A DNA stretch of 64,000 nucleotides from a virus: IMG/VR virus record IMGVR_UViG_3300045250_000069, one strand, 5' to 3'. Position numbers and translations under genes: made by a program. Positions 18,309 through 26,561 of this stretch are shown piece after piece (positions within the stretch are counted from its first letter, which is position 1; every line of letters starts with the position of its first letter). The notes under the pieces are model-generated. The model did not search any database. It saw only the letters and a list, made by a program, of their open reading frames with translations, and was not told the origin of the DNA.

Positions 18309-18911
18309 TCAGTCTTTGTCGAGTTCGTCCTCGCTCTCGTCATTGCCTGCGACATATCCGAGTTCGGGGATTTCCCTTGGCGCGGTGAACCGTGAACCGA
18401 ATCGGTCGTCCGCATCGATGACGTTGCCCGGCGCGTCGGTCTCGATGTGCTTTTCGAGTTGCTTGACACGGATGTTGATTTCGTTGAGGAGTTGCTCGGT
18501 CGTAAACGAAGACAATGCTGAGCGTCGGTCATTCGTCTCCCGGAGATTCATGTCCCAGACCTCGGCGTCGTAAGCCTCCTGTGCTTCCCAGTTCGCCGGC
18601 ATGTCGATGAGATCGGAGGACTCGCTGCCCTCTTCCTGGGCGAGCAACCAGGCTTGCCGGTCGCGCATGTCTTGTTTCCACTCATCAAAGTTCGGGATGT
18701 CGAGATCGTCCGGGAAGTTCGAGATGAAGTGCGAGTACCTGAGTTCGTCGCCAAGCGCGCGTTCGATCTTGCGTGTGCTGCGGCTCGGCACACCGGTCGT
18801 TTCCCAGTTGACGATCGTGCGGACGCTGACTCCTACGGCGTCCGCTAGATCTTGCTGCGTCCACCCTTTGAGCGCGCGTGCGTCTTTGAGGACTGTCCAA
18901 TCAATGTTCAC
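18309..18911 (-). CDS. Immunity repressor, XRE HTH with acidic C-terminal domain
   Basis: ARALKGWTQQDLADAVGVSVRTIVNWE; divergent from cro. Confidence 0.85.
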   Translation of the reverse strand: MNIDWTVLKDARALKGWTQQDLADAVGVSVRTIVNWETTGVPSRSTRKIERALGDELRYSHFISNFPDDLDIPNFDEWKQDMRDRQAWLLAQEEGSESSDLIDMPANWEAQEAYDAEVWDMNLRETNDRRSALSSFTTEQLLNEINIRVKQLEKHIETDAPGNVIDADDRFGSRFTAPREIPELGYVAGNDESEDELDKD

Positions 18912-18921
18912 AAATGGCAGT

Positions 18922-19035
18922 TTAGGCAAGAACTGAAGAATCACACAAGGCGTGTTGCCCGAAACTTCGGGAAAGTCAGGAAAGTTTTGTTGCCTAAGTT
19001 GCTTAACTTGCGTATGTTGCCTACTCTTGCCTTAT
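18922..19035. promoter_or_regulatory. Immunity switch: five tandem TTGCCTA-like operators plus one inverted copy; TACTCT -10 of cro
   Basis: Copies at 18990, 18999, 19008, 19017, 19027 and TTAGGCAA at 18922. Confidence 0.7.
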
Positions 19036-19279
19036 GGCAGCAACCAGGAAACTCAACGGCACAGCAGTCCGGGTAATCCGTGAACTGCTTGGCGTCCGAA
19101 ACGGAGACCTTGCTCTCCGGATCCAAGTCACACCATCCACTGTGACTCACATTGAACGTGCAGATCGGCAAGTTTCGGCAGAAACGCAGCGTCGACTCGC
19201 TGACGCACTCGGTGTCCCTCTCGAAGCGATTACATACCCGACTGAACCGGCCCTCGAGCAGGTCAGCATCGCCGCGTAG
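19034..19279 (+). CDS. Cro-like HTH protein (leaderless)
   Basis: HTH-like IRELLGVRNGDLALRIQVTPSTVTHIE. Confidence 0.8.
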   Translation: MAATRKLNGTAVRVIRELLGVRNGDLALRIQVTPSTVTHIERADRQVSAETQRRLADALGVPLEAITYPTEPALEQVSIAA

Positions 19280-19381
19280 TCGCGGCCCCATCCTCTTCCT
19301 GCCCTACTCAGCGGCAGGGACACCGGAGCCTCTAGCGCTCCCTGACTCTCGCCCGTCCACTTACGGCGGCGCGATCGAGCC

Positions 19382-19397
19382 TTTGAGAACTCAATAG
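19382..19397 (+). promoter_or_regulatory. rrn-type boxA antitermination signal
   Basis: TTTGAGAACTCAATAG, as in actinobacterial rRNA leaders (from recall). Confidence 0.65.
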
Positions 19398-19603
19398 CGG
19401 AAATCGCTCCCGGTGTGGAGAGAGATACGGGCACCCCTTCGACGTGGCTACGGGGGAGCCCACACTACGCGCGGCGTCAGGCCACGGTTCTCGGACGCGC
19501 GTAAGGCACCGGCCCCACACAAGGGAGCGAACACCAAACAAGAAACGGCCCCGGCGCAGTTGCACCTGCGGATGCCGGGGCCTTACGAGATCAGGAGGTC
19601 TCG

Positions 19604-20572
19604 ATGATCAGTGTAGATGACTACCAGCGGGGAGTGCGAGAAGATCTCGCCCCCATCAAGCTCCCCGCACATCCTTTAGCCGACCGGTTCCCGATGCTGC
19701 CCGCCGACGAGCTGCAGCGCCTCGCAGATGACATTCGTGAGAACGGCCAGCGGCACCCCGTCATCGTCGATGACGAAGGCCTCATCCTGGACGGCCGCAA
19801 CCGCGCCGCCGCATGCAAGATGATCGGCGTTGAGCCGACCACCGCGTTGTACGAAGGCGACGATCCGGCGGCGTTCGTGCTCTCGCAGAACGTCGCTCGG
19901 CGTCACATGACGACCGGGCAGCAGGCGATGAGCACGGCGCTCGTGCTCGCAGATTCCGGCAAGCGCGAGAACGGCCGTTGGAAGCGCGGCGCAATCCCTA
20001 ATCAGGAATCCCTGAATAGCGATTGGAAGAACAAGCTCACTCAGGCGGGGCAGATTCTCGACTCTGCCCCGCACCTCGCGGAAAAGGTCATCGACGGAGA
20101 TCTCGCCCTTGACGCCGCGGTGAAAGAGGCCGAACGCATCCGAGAGTCGGAGCGACAGCAGCTCGAAGAGCAGCAGCGCATGGAGGCCGAGGAAGCCGAC
20201 CGGCTCACGCACCTGCAAGAGGCCGCGCCCGAGTACGCCGCCGCGATCGGTTCCACCTACCGCACGGCACGTCAAGCCTTCGCCGCGTGGGAAGACGACA
20301 ACCGGCGCGAAGCCGCACGCCTACGACAGGAACGGCGCGAAGCCGAACAGACAGCGAAGGCCGAGTGGGAGTCGAACCGCGACCTCTACGACGACGTCGC
20401 CTCGAGCCTGTCGAGCCTCGCCCGCTACGGCGACACCGACATTGACGAGTTCATGAAGGCCTACGAACCGTCAATGCTCACCCCGAACATTCAGCGGCGG
20501 TTCAACGCCGAAGTGATGCGCGCAGCAGCGAAGGCTGCGACCGCATTCGCGGTCTGGAAGGAACAGAACTGA
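19604..20572 (+). CDS. ParB-like N-terminal domain protein with HTH/coiled coil
   Basis: LADDIRENGQRHPV...ILDGRNR...SQNVARRHMT. Confidence 0.8.
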   Translation: MISVDDYQRGVREDLAPIKLPAHPLADRFPMLPADELQRLADDIRENGQRHPVIVDDEGLILDGRNRAAACKMIGVEPTTALYEGDDPAAFVLSQNVARRHMTTGQQAMSTALVLADSGKRENGRWKRGAIPNQESLNSDWKNKLTQAGQILDSAPHLAEKVIDGDLALDAAVKEAERIRESERQQLEEQQRMEAEEADRLTHLQEAAPEYAAAIGSTYRTARQAFAAWEDDNRREAARLRQERREAEQTAKAEWESNRDLYDDVASSLSSLARYGDTDIDEFMKAYEPSMLTPNIQRRFNAEVMRAAAKAATAFAVWKEQN

Positions 20573-21096
20573 TGCAGGTCGAAGACTATTACTCGAAGTT
20601 CATCATCGAGTCCTATGACGCCGTGGTTGGCGAGCATGGCGACGACCCGACGGTCGTGGCGGAGGTGTTCGGTGACGTCGAGGCTCGTGTGAGTCGCGCA
20701 ATCATGAGCGGCGAGATTGCGCCGATCGAGTTGACGCAGCGTGACGCGATCTTGCTGCGCATGCAGCTCGTCTTGCCGAAGGAGCGCAAGCGTCGGCGGA
20801 GCAGCTTCCCGAAGGACCTCGAATACCTCGGCGACGCGATCGCGAATCCGCTCGAGGCCGCGAACATGGACGCGATTCTGTCGCGGGCGATGCCGCTGGG
20901 CGACGGCACCGACAAGGTGCTCGCGTTCTGGAACGGCCGCGACTACGAGCGTGCCGTGAAGGTGCGCTACCGCAACGCGGCCGACGCTACGGCGAAGGCG
21001 GCGCAGTTCGACAACCTCACGATGCCGATTCTCGATGCCCTCGACTCACGTCACGCGCACACGACTCGTGACCTGTTCTGGAAGGACGCTGCCTGA
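20572..21096 (+). CDS. Hypothetical protein coupled to ParB-like gene
   Basis: TGATG overlap; 174 aa. Confidence 0.7.
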   Translation: MQVEDYYSKFIIESYDAVVGEHGDDPTVVAEVFGDVEARVSRAIMSGEIAPIELTQRDAILLRMQLVLPKERKRRRSSFPKDLEYLGDAIANPLEAANMDAILSRAMPLGDGTDKVLAFWNGRDYERAVKVRYRNAADATAKAAQFDNLTMPILDALDSRHAHTTRDLFWKDAA

Positions 21097-21407
21097 TGTT
21101 GAGCGATCGCGTGAAAGAGACCTGCATGAAGGCCGTCGAGCACCTCGAGTTCTCAATCGACCAGATCAGCGGGTCCATGTGCGACACCTCGCACGAGGAT
21201 GCCCTGGAAGTGCTCGACCTCGTGGTCGAGGCGCTGCGGGAGTTGCACGGCGAGACGAACGACCCGATGCGGTATGAGGACGGCACTCCGGTTGCGCAGC
21301 GCGTCCGAGTCGCGGAGGGCGTGTCTGGCACCTACTACCACCGCCACGACGGCGACTTCGACGAGTGGCTGGCAAAGTTCCGTCCCAACCTGCAGGCGGT
21401 GAAGTGA
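21096..21407 (+). CDS. Hypothetical protein
   Basis: Coupled ORF in early operon. Confidence 0.6.
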   Translation: MLSDRVKETCMKAVEHLEFSIDQISGSMCDTSHEDALEVLDLVVEALRELHGETNDPMRYEDGTPVAQRVRVAEGVSGTYYHRHDGDFDEWLAKFRPNLQAVK

Positions 21408-21604
21408 TGCCTGACTGCTGGTTGACACCTGCGATGGTCGCGGACTCGTACCGGCTCCCTGTCCCCACGTTGAAGGAGATGCGCGCTCGTCGCGCGAATG
21501 ACCGTGCGGGGGAGAAGGGACCGGTGTTTTACAAGATCGGGCGGGCTGTCCGGTACCGGGCCTCTGATGTTGAGGCATGGCTGAACGAAAAGAAGGTGGC
21601 CTGA
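21407..21604 (+). CDS. Excisionase/AlpA-like HTH
   Basis: WLTPAMVA...GPVFYKIGRAVRYRASDVEAWL. Confidence 0.8.
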   Translation: MPDCWLTPAMVADSYRLPVPTLKEMRARRANDRAGEKGPVFYKIGRAVRYRASDVEAWLNEKKVA

Positions 21605-21924
21605 TGACTGTTCAGGAGCTGCGGGCTCGTGGCCGGAGTGTGGCCGTGCGCTTGATCGCGAGGAAGGGCAAGTACGGGGCGCGGCCGATCTTCGTGTCGG
21701 TCGACCTCGGTGACCTCGGTGAGGCGCGTCGTGATTTCAAACCGTCGGAGGCGCTCGAGTTCGTGCAGACGTTGGATGCGGCGCTTGAGGGCGAGACGGA
21801 TCCGGTGACGTTCTCGCTGCCTGGCCTGTCGTGGGCGGTGCAGGTGACGGCGCCGGCGGCGTCGGTGCGGGCGTTCGCAGAGCAGATCGCCGACCTCTGC
21901 GACGAGTTGGAGGCCGTCTCGTGA
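21604..21924 (+). CDS. Hypothetical protein
   Basis: Coupled ORF. Confidence 0.6.
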   Translation: MTVQELRARGRSVAVRLIARKGKYGARPIFVSVDLGDLGEARRDFKPSEALEFVQTLDAALEGETDPVTFSLPGLSWAVQVTAPAASVRAFAEQIADLCDELEAVS

Positions 21925-22331
21925 CCGTGCTGGACGTGATTTGTCTCGACGGTGACTGGCCGGAGCTCGGGCCGATCTCGGGTGATGGTCTCGCCCGTCA
22001 CCACCACATGGAGCCGGTCGACTACCCGCTTCTGTGGAGCCTGCCGGGGGTGACCGCCTGATGTTTGAGCGATTGAAAGCGTTCGTGGAGTACCTCGCGG
22101 CGCAGCGTGACGAAGCGCTGGATGACGAGAACGGAGAAACCAATGAATGACCTCAGCCGTGCGCAGCTCGCACAGTTTCAGCCGCAGGATTTGCGCGATG
22201 GTCACGCGGTCCTCGCGCTCATCGGCGTCATCGGGCTCACCCAAACCCCCTCGAATCTCGTCTGCTCAGGCATGGCCATGAGCCTGCCGCTCTACCTCGC
22301 ATTGCGGGCATGGCGGAAGGAGACGCGATGA
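21921..22331 (+). other. Three tiny overlapping ORFs (21921-22061, 22061-22150, 22143-22331)
   Basis: Chained start/stop overlaps; last has hydrophobic segments. Confidence 0.5.
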
Positions 22332-22717
22332 CCTGCCCGCCCGAGCATCGGCATGGCGAAACCGCGCACTGCTACCAGGCGCATTCGTGCAGGTGTGAGC
22401 GTTGCGTGGATGCGTACAGCGAGCGGCGCCGGGGCGTACAACCCACGAATGCGCTGCAGTCGAGCCGACGCCACGGCCTCTGCAATGTCTGCAAACGCGA
22501 GCCCGTCGAAGCGCCGCGCGTCACCTGCGAGGGCTGTGTCGCTTACATGATGGCGCTGCCGCGAACCCCGGAGGCGTTCGATTCCTGCCATCGCGGGCAT
22601 CCGTGGACGCCGGAGAACACTCGCAAGGTTCGCGACGGTCGCGAGTGCCGCGAATGTTCCCGCATCCGCTCACGCGCGAGGAGCGCCCGTCTTAGAGCGA
22701 TGAGGGAGAAAGCATGA
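22328..22717 (+). CDS. Cys/His-rich Zn-finger protein
   Basis: CRCERC, CNVC, CEGC, CHRGH...NT...CREC motifs. Confidence 0.7.
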   Translation: MTCPPEHRHGETAHCYQAHSCRCERCVDAYSERRRGVQPTNALQSSRRHGLCNVCKREPVEAPRVTCEGCVAYMMALPRTPEAFDSCHRGHPWTPENTRKVRDGRECRECSRIRSRARSARLRAMREKA

Positions 22718-23166
22718 ACACGTTGACGTTCTTCGTCGCCGGCATGCCAGCACCTCAGGGCAGCAAAACGTATCTCGGGCATGGGCGGATGAAGGAATCC
22801 TCGGAGAAGGTGAAGCCGTGGCGTGCTGATGTGCGTCATGAGGCGCAGCGCGCGATGGACGACCAGCACTGGTCGACGTGGGAAGACGGGGACCAGCCGC
22901 TGTCGATCGACGTCACGTTTTGGATGCCTCGCCCGAAGTCGCATCCGAAGACGCGCCGCACTCTGCCCGACCGGATGCCTGACCTCGACAAGTTGCTGAG
23001 GTCAACGTTCGACGCGCTCAAGTCAGCCGGCGTGTGCGCCGATGATGCACGGTTCGTGCGCATCCTCGCCACGAAGCGCTACGTCCATCCTGCCGGTCTT
23101 CGGCATCCATCCGAGCCCGAAACGACCGGCGCTCGCATCCACATCAGACCAGAAAGCGTGTCATGA
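22714..23166 (+). CDS. rusA: RusA-like Holliday junction resolvase
   Basis: PAPQGSK and PDLDKLLRSTFDAL motifs. Confidence 0.88.
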   Translation: MNTLTFFVAGMPAPQGSKTYLGHGRMKESSEKVKPWRADVRHEAQRAMDDQHWSTWEDGDQPLSIDVTFWMPRPKSHPKTRRTLPDRMPDLDKLLRSTFDALKSAGVCADDARFVRILATKRYVHPAGLRHPSEPETTGARIHIRPESVS

Positions 23167-24068
23167 ACGTCCTAGAAGAACTGGCGACTCGTGAGGTCGC
23201 GGATGAGTCGATCGACCGTGAAGCGTGGCTTGCGGCACGCCGTGAGGGTGTGACGGCAACGCAGGTTGCGAAGCTCGCGGCGTCGCCGGCGTACGCGCTC
23301 GAGCTGCGTCGAGAGAAGGCGACCGGCGTGCAGACCTTCACCGGGAACGCAGCGACGGAGTGGGGGAAGCTGCGCGAGCCGATCATCGCGGAATGGTATG
23401 CGGGGTCGGGGCTGGAGCCGACCTCGAAACTGTACCGGTCGAAGGAAGATCCGCGGTTCCTCGCGTCGCCGGACATGATCGGTGAGGACTTCTCCGAGCA
23501 CCTGTTCCTGGGCGAAATCAAAACCTCGAAGCACAACCTCTCGCCCGAGGGTGAGCACTTCGCGCGAACGACGTACGCGGACCAGATGCAGTGGCAGATG
23601 TTCGTGACGGGCGCGACCTGGTGTTCGTTCATCTGGGAACAGCACGACGGCACCTGGGTCGAGCAGTTCGACGGCACGTTCGGTCCGACACCATTCGACC
23701 CGCGCACGGCGACGATCGAGCGCGACGACGACCGCATCGAGCACCTCGTTGGGGTTGCTGAACGGTTCCTGTCGGCCGATGCGGAGGCCGCTGGCGCGGA
23801 GGCGTGGATCGTCGAGTATCTCGACGCGAAGGAAGCGGAAGCCGCAGCGAAGGCGCGTGTCGAGGCTGCGGCGGATGCGTTCCGTGACCTGTTCGCGGAC
23901 GGTGGCGCGGTCGAGACGCCCGCTGGCCGCGTGTCGGTGTCGATCCCGAAGCCAGTGAAGCGGTTCGACTCAACGAAGTTCAAGGCCGAGCACGGCGATC
24001 TGTACAAGCAATTTCAGGTGGAGGGCGAGCCGGGGAAGGCTCGCGTCACCGTGACAGGAGTGAAGTAA
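23163..24068 (+). CDS. YqaJ/lambda-exonuclease-like recombination nuclease
   Basis: WLAARREGVTAT, ASPD, EIKT, QMQWQM motifs. Confidence 0.88.
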   Translation: MNVLEELATREVADESIDREAWLAARREGVTATQVAKLAASPAYALELRREKATGVQTFTGNAATEWGKLREPIIAEWYAGSGLEPTSKLYRSKEDPRFLASPDMIGEDFSEHLFLGEIKTSKHNLSPEGEHFARTTYADQMQWQMFVTGATWCSFIWEQHDGTWVEQFDGTFGPTPFDPRTATIERDDDRIEHLVGVAERFLSADAEAAGAEAWIVEYLDAKEAEAAAKARVEAAADAFRDLFADGGAVETPAGRVSVSIPKPVKRFDSTKFKAEHGDLYKQFQVEGEPGKARVTVTGVK

Positions 24069-24658
24069 TGGGCAAGTGGGATAAGGGGCCGCTCGACTAC
24101 ATCGATGTCGCGGCCCGCATCGTCGAATTCCGCGCGAAGCATCCCGAGGGGTCGCTGTCGAGCATCGCGCCAAATGGTGAAGTGCAGCGGCCGTTCCTAA
24201 TGGAGATCGGCGGCGCAACATTCCTCGCCTACTGCGCATTCGCGTACCGGTCACCGGATGACCGCAACCCGGGCGTGGGATGGGCGTACGAGCCCGTACC
24301 CGGCAAGACGAACTTCACCCGCGACTCCGAGTTGCAAAACGCGGAGACGGCGGCGTGGGGCCGCGCGATGGTCGCCGCACTCGCCGTAGACACGAAGAAG
24401 GGCGTCGCATCGGCAGAGGAGGTTCGGAACCGGCAGACGGTCGGGAACGAACCGTCAGGGCAGCAGCCACGCGCGACGCCTGAGCAGTGGCTCGCGGTCA
24501 CCGAGGGCATCGCGAAGGCGAAGGATCTCGACGCACTGAAGAAGGTGTGGGAGGCCGCGCAGGCGGGCGAATACTCACACAAGTGGGGCCCAGACGGTCG
24601 CTCGGTGTCGCAGGCCGTGAATGAGGCCAAGAAGGCGTTCGCGGGGGCTGTCCAGTGA
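24068..24658 (+). CDS. Single-strand annealing protein (Rad52/ERF-like; family uncertain)
   Basis: YIDVAARI...NAETAAWGRA...ASAEEV; follows exonuclease. Confidence 0.7.
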   Translation: MGKWDKGPLDYIDVAARIVEFRAKHPEGSLSSIAPNGEVQRPFLMEIGGATFLAYCAFAYRSPDDRNPGVGWAYEPVPGKTNFTRDSELQNAETAAWGRAMVAALAVDTKKGVASAEEVRNRQTVGNEPSGQQPRATPEQWLAVTEGIAKAKDLDALKKVWEAAQAGEYSHKWGPDGRSVSQAVNEAKKAFAGAVQ

Positions 24659-25026
24659 CCACGCAGGGACAGGTGCTCGCGGCCTGGGATAAGGCCGCGG
24701 ACGACTTCAAGGACGCCTGCATGCGGGAGGCTCGCGCTGACGTGGCGTGGACGAAGTTCGCGGCGAAGCGTCGGATCGAGCTGCGCGCTGAGGCGGATCG
24801 TGTCGGACGAAAGGTGACGATCCCCGACCTCGAGGCGGAGATCGTGAACGACGACGCCGACGGCCTGCTGCTGGAGAAGGTGCTGTCGGCGGCGGTCGTG
24901 ACGGGCCTGCGGAAGCGTCTCGATGTGTTCGAGGCGCAGGCGGGCGCGGCGCGTTCGGAGTTCGCTGCGGATCGTGCTCGCGAGAAGGCGTGGATGTCTT
25001 CTCCGTCTGTGCCGGAGGTGCGGTAA
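24655..25026 (+). CDS. Hypothetical helical protein
   Basis: Coupled ORF. Confidence 0.6.
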   Translation: MTTQGQVLAAWDKAADDFKDACMREARADVAWTKFAAKRRIELRAEADRVGRKVTIPDLEAEIVNDDADGLLLEKVLSAAVVTGLRKRLDVFEAQAGAARSEFAADRAREKAWMSSPSVPEVR

Positions 25027-25400
25027 TGGCGATCCCTACGAAGATCAGCGACCTCGTGCTTGAGCGTGACGGCTGGGCCTGTGTCATCGGCCTGCCGGGA
25101 TGCTCGGGGCGGGCGCAGTACTGCGACCACCGCGCGAACCGCGGCATGGGGGGATCGAAAGCGCTCGATGTGCCGTCGAACCTCATCGCGACGTGCTTCA
25201 CCTGCAACCACCTCAAAGAGGACTCGACCGGAGCGACCCGGCGCGAACTCGAGATCCGCGGTATCCGACTCCGCAACCGGGGCTGGCCGGAGGACACGAT
25301 CGCGCACGCCGAAGCGACGCAGGTCGGCTACCCGGACGGGTCGTGGTGGCTGCTCGATCGGGCTGGTGGGCGGTCGGCAGCTTCGCCTCCGTCCACATAG
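25026..25400 (+). CDS. HNH endonuclease-like protein
   Basis: VLERDGWAC...DHRANRGMGG...NL...CFTCN. Confidence 0.8.
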   Translation: MAIPTKISDLVLERDGWACVIGLPGCSGRAQYCDHRANRGMGGSKALDVPSNLIATCFTCNHLKEDSTGATRRELEIRGIRLRNRGWPEDTIAHAEATQVGYPDGSWWLLDRAGGRSAASPPST

Positions 25401-25598
25401 CACCTGTGGATAGATGTGTGCAAGCAAACACGCTTCAAGTTGAGGTTGAAGGTTGTTTTGTCCAGGGGTGTGGGATCGCCACTTGCCAGTGTTTAGTAGG
25501 CCTGTTCGATTCGAGAACACATCGAGTGTTCGATTCATCCACAGGTCTATTCACAACGCATCGGTGCGTCGTCCACACAATTCCACAAATAATCCACA
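25389..25598. promoter_or_regulatory. Cluster of seven DnaA-box-like 9-mers
   Basis: NN(A/G/T)T(C/T)CACA at 25389, 25405(-), 25535, 25547, 25569, 25579, 25590. Confidence 0.55.
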
Positions 25599-25719
25599 GG
25601 CGATATTCCCGGTATCTGCAGAGGCCGAAAGGTTCTGCATAGCCTAGGAATTACGCAAACGGCCCGGCAGGAATTGCAGTTCCGTACCGGGCCTAACCAA
25701 ATATTCGGAAGGAACGAAA

Positions 25720-25935
25720 TTGGCTACTGACGAGTTTACCCAGCGGCGCAGGCAGCAGCTCGCGCGCAAGTTCCTCGAGATCGCGCGTGACGAACTCGAG
25801 CAGAAGATCCACACACGCGACTACTACATCGAGCGGGCCGCGTTCTACGGCCTCGAGGTCGATGATATTGCGGAGCACATCGGCATGACCCAGGAGGAAG
25901 TGCTGGAGGTGCTGCAAGTCGGTGATGCCGCATGA
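25720..25935 (+). CDS. Small protein, possible C-terminal HTH
   Basis: TTG start after GGAAGGAA; VDDIAEHIGMTQEEV. Confidence 0.6.
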   Translation: MATDEFTQRRRQQLARKFLEIARDELEQKIHTRDYYIERAAFYGLEVDDIAEHIGMTQEEVLEVLQVGDAA

Positions 25936-26561
25936 CTGGCTGGTCATCAGTGCCGAACTGGGTGATCCGGGATGCGCCTCTCGACAACGCTGAGAAGCTC
26001 CTCTACATCGCGCTGTTGAACCGTGCGAACGCTAAGGGTGAGTCGTGGCCGTCGCTCCCGACTCTCGCGTCCGACACGGGGTTGAGCGAGTCCACGGTGA
26101 AGCGGCGCTTGGCGAAGCTTGAGGACGCCGGGTTGCTCAGCCGCGTTCACCGTGCGAACGCCGATGGGAAGCAGATCAACAACCTCTACAAGGTGGCGGT
26201 GTGGAGCCCAAATCAGGGTGGTCACAGTGACCAGGGTGGGGTGGTCACAGTGACCGGGGGAGGTGGTCACAGTGACCTACGAAGTACTACCCAGAGAAGT
26301 ACTACCCATAGGGGGCGCAAACCTGAAACGACTCTCCCGGATGGTTGGTCACCGAACGAGAAACATCGAGCGTATGCGAACGAGCAGCGACTGAACCTCG
26401 AGCATGAGGCAGGGCAGTTCGTCGCGTGGGTGCAGTCGAAGGACATGCGCTATCGCGATTGGGATGCGGCGTTCCGTACATGGTTGGGGAAGGCAAAAGC
26501 GTTCGGTCGTGCGATGCCGCCGCAGCAAGAGCGGAAGGTGATCACTGACTATGACGATTGA
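25932..26561 (+). CDS. Replication initiator (lambda O-like, N-terminal wHTH)
   Basis: SWPSLPTLASDTGLSESTVKRRL; internal iterons; DWDAAFRTWL C-terminus. Confidence 0.85.
   Translation: MTGWSSVPNWVIRDAPLDNAEKLLYIALLNRANAKGESWPSLPTLASDTGLSESTVKRRLAKLEDAGLLSRVHRANADGKQINNLYKVAVWSPNQGGHSDQGGVVTVTGGGGHSDLRSTTQRSTTHRGRKPETTLPDGWSPNEKHRAYANEQRLNLEHEAGQFVAWVQSKDMRYRDWDAAFRTWLGKAKAFGRAMPPQQERKVITDYDD
26217..26313 (+). repeat. Replication-origin iterons: 3 x GGTGGTCACAGTGACC and 2 x GAAGTACTACCCA
   Basis: 16-mers at 26217, 26240, 26262. Confidence 0.85.

Noticed and set aside
16733-18911. Integration-dependent immunity (attP inside the repressor gene)
   Set aside because: attP lies beyond the int 3' end, far from the repressor
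25504-25533. LexA SOS box
   Set aside because: GAAC-N9-GTTC spacing, not the CGAAC-N4-GTTCG consensus
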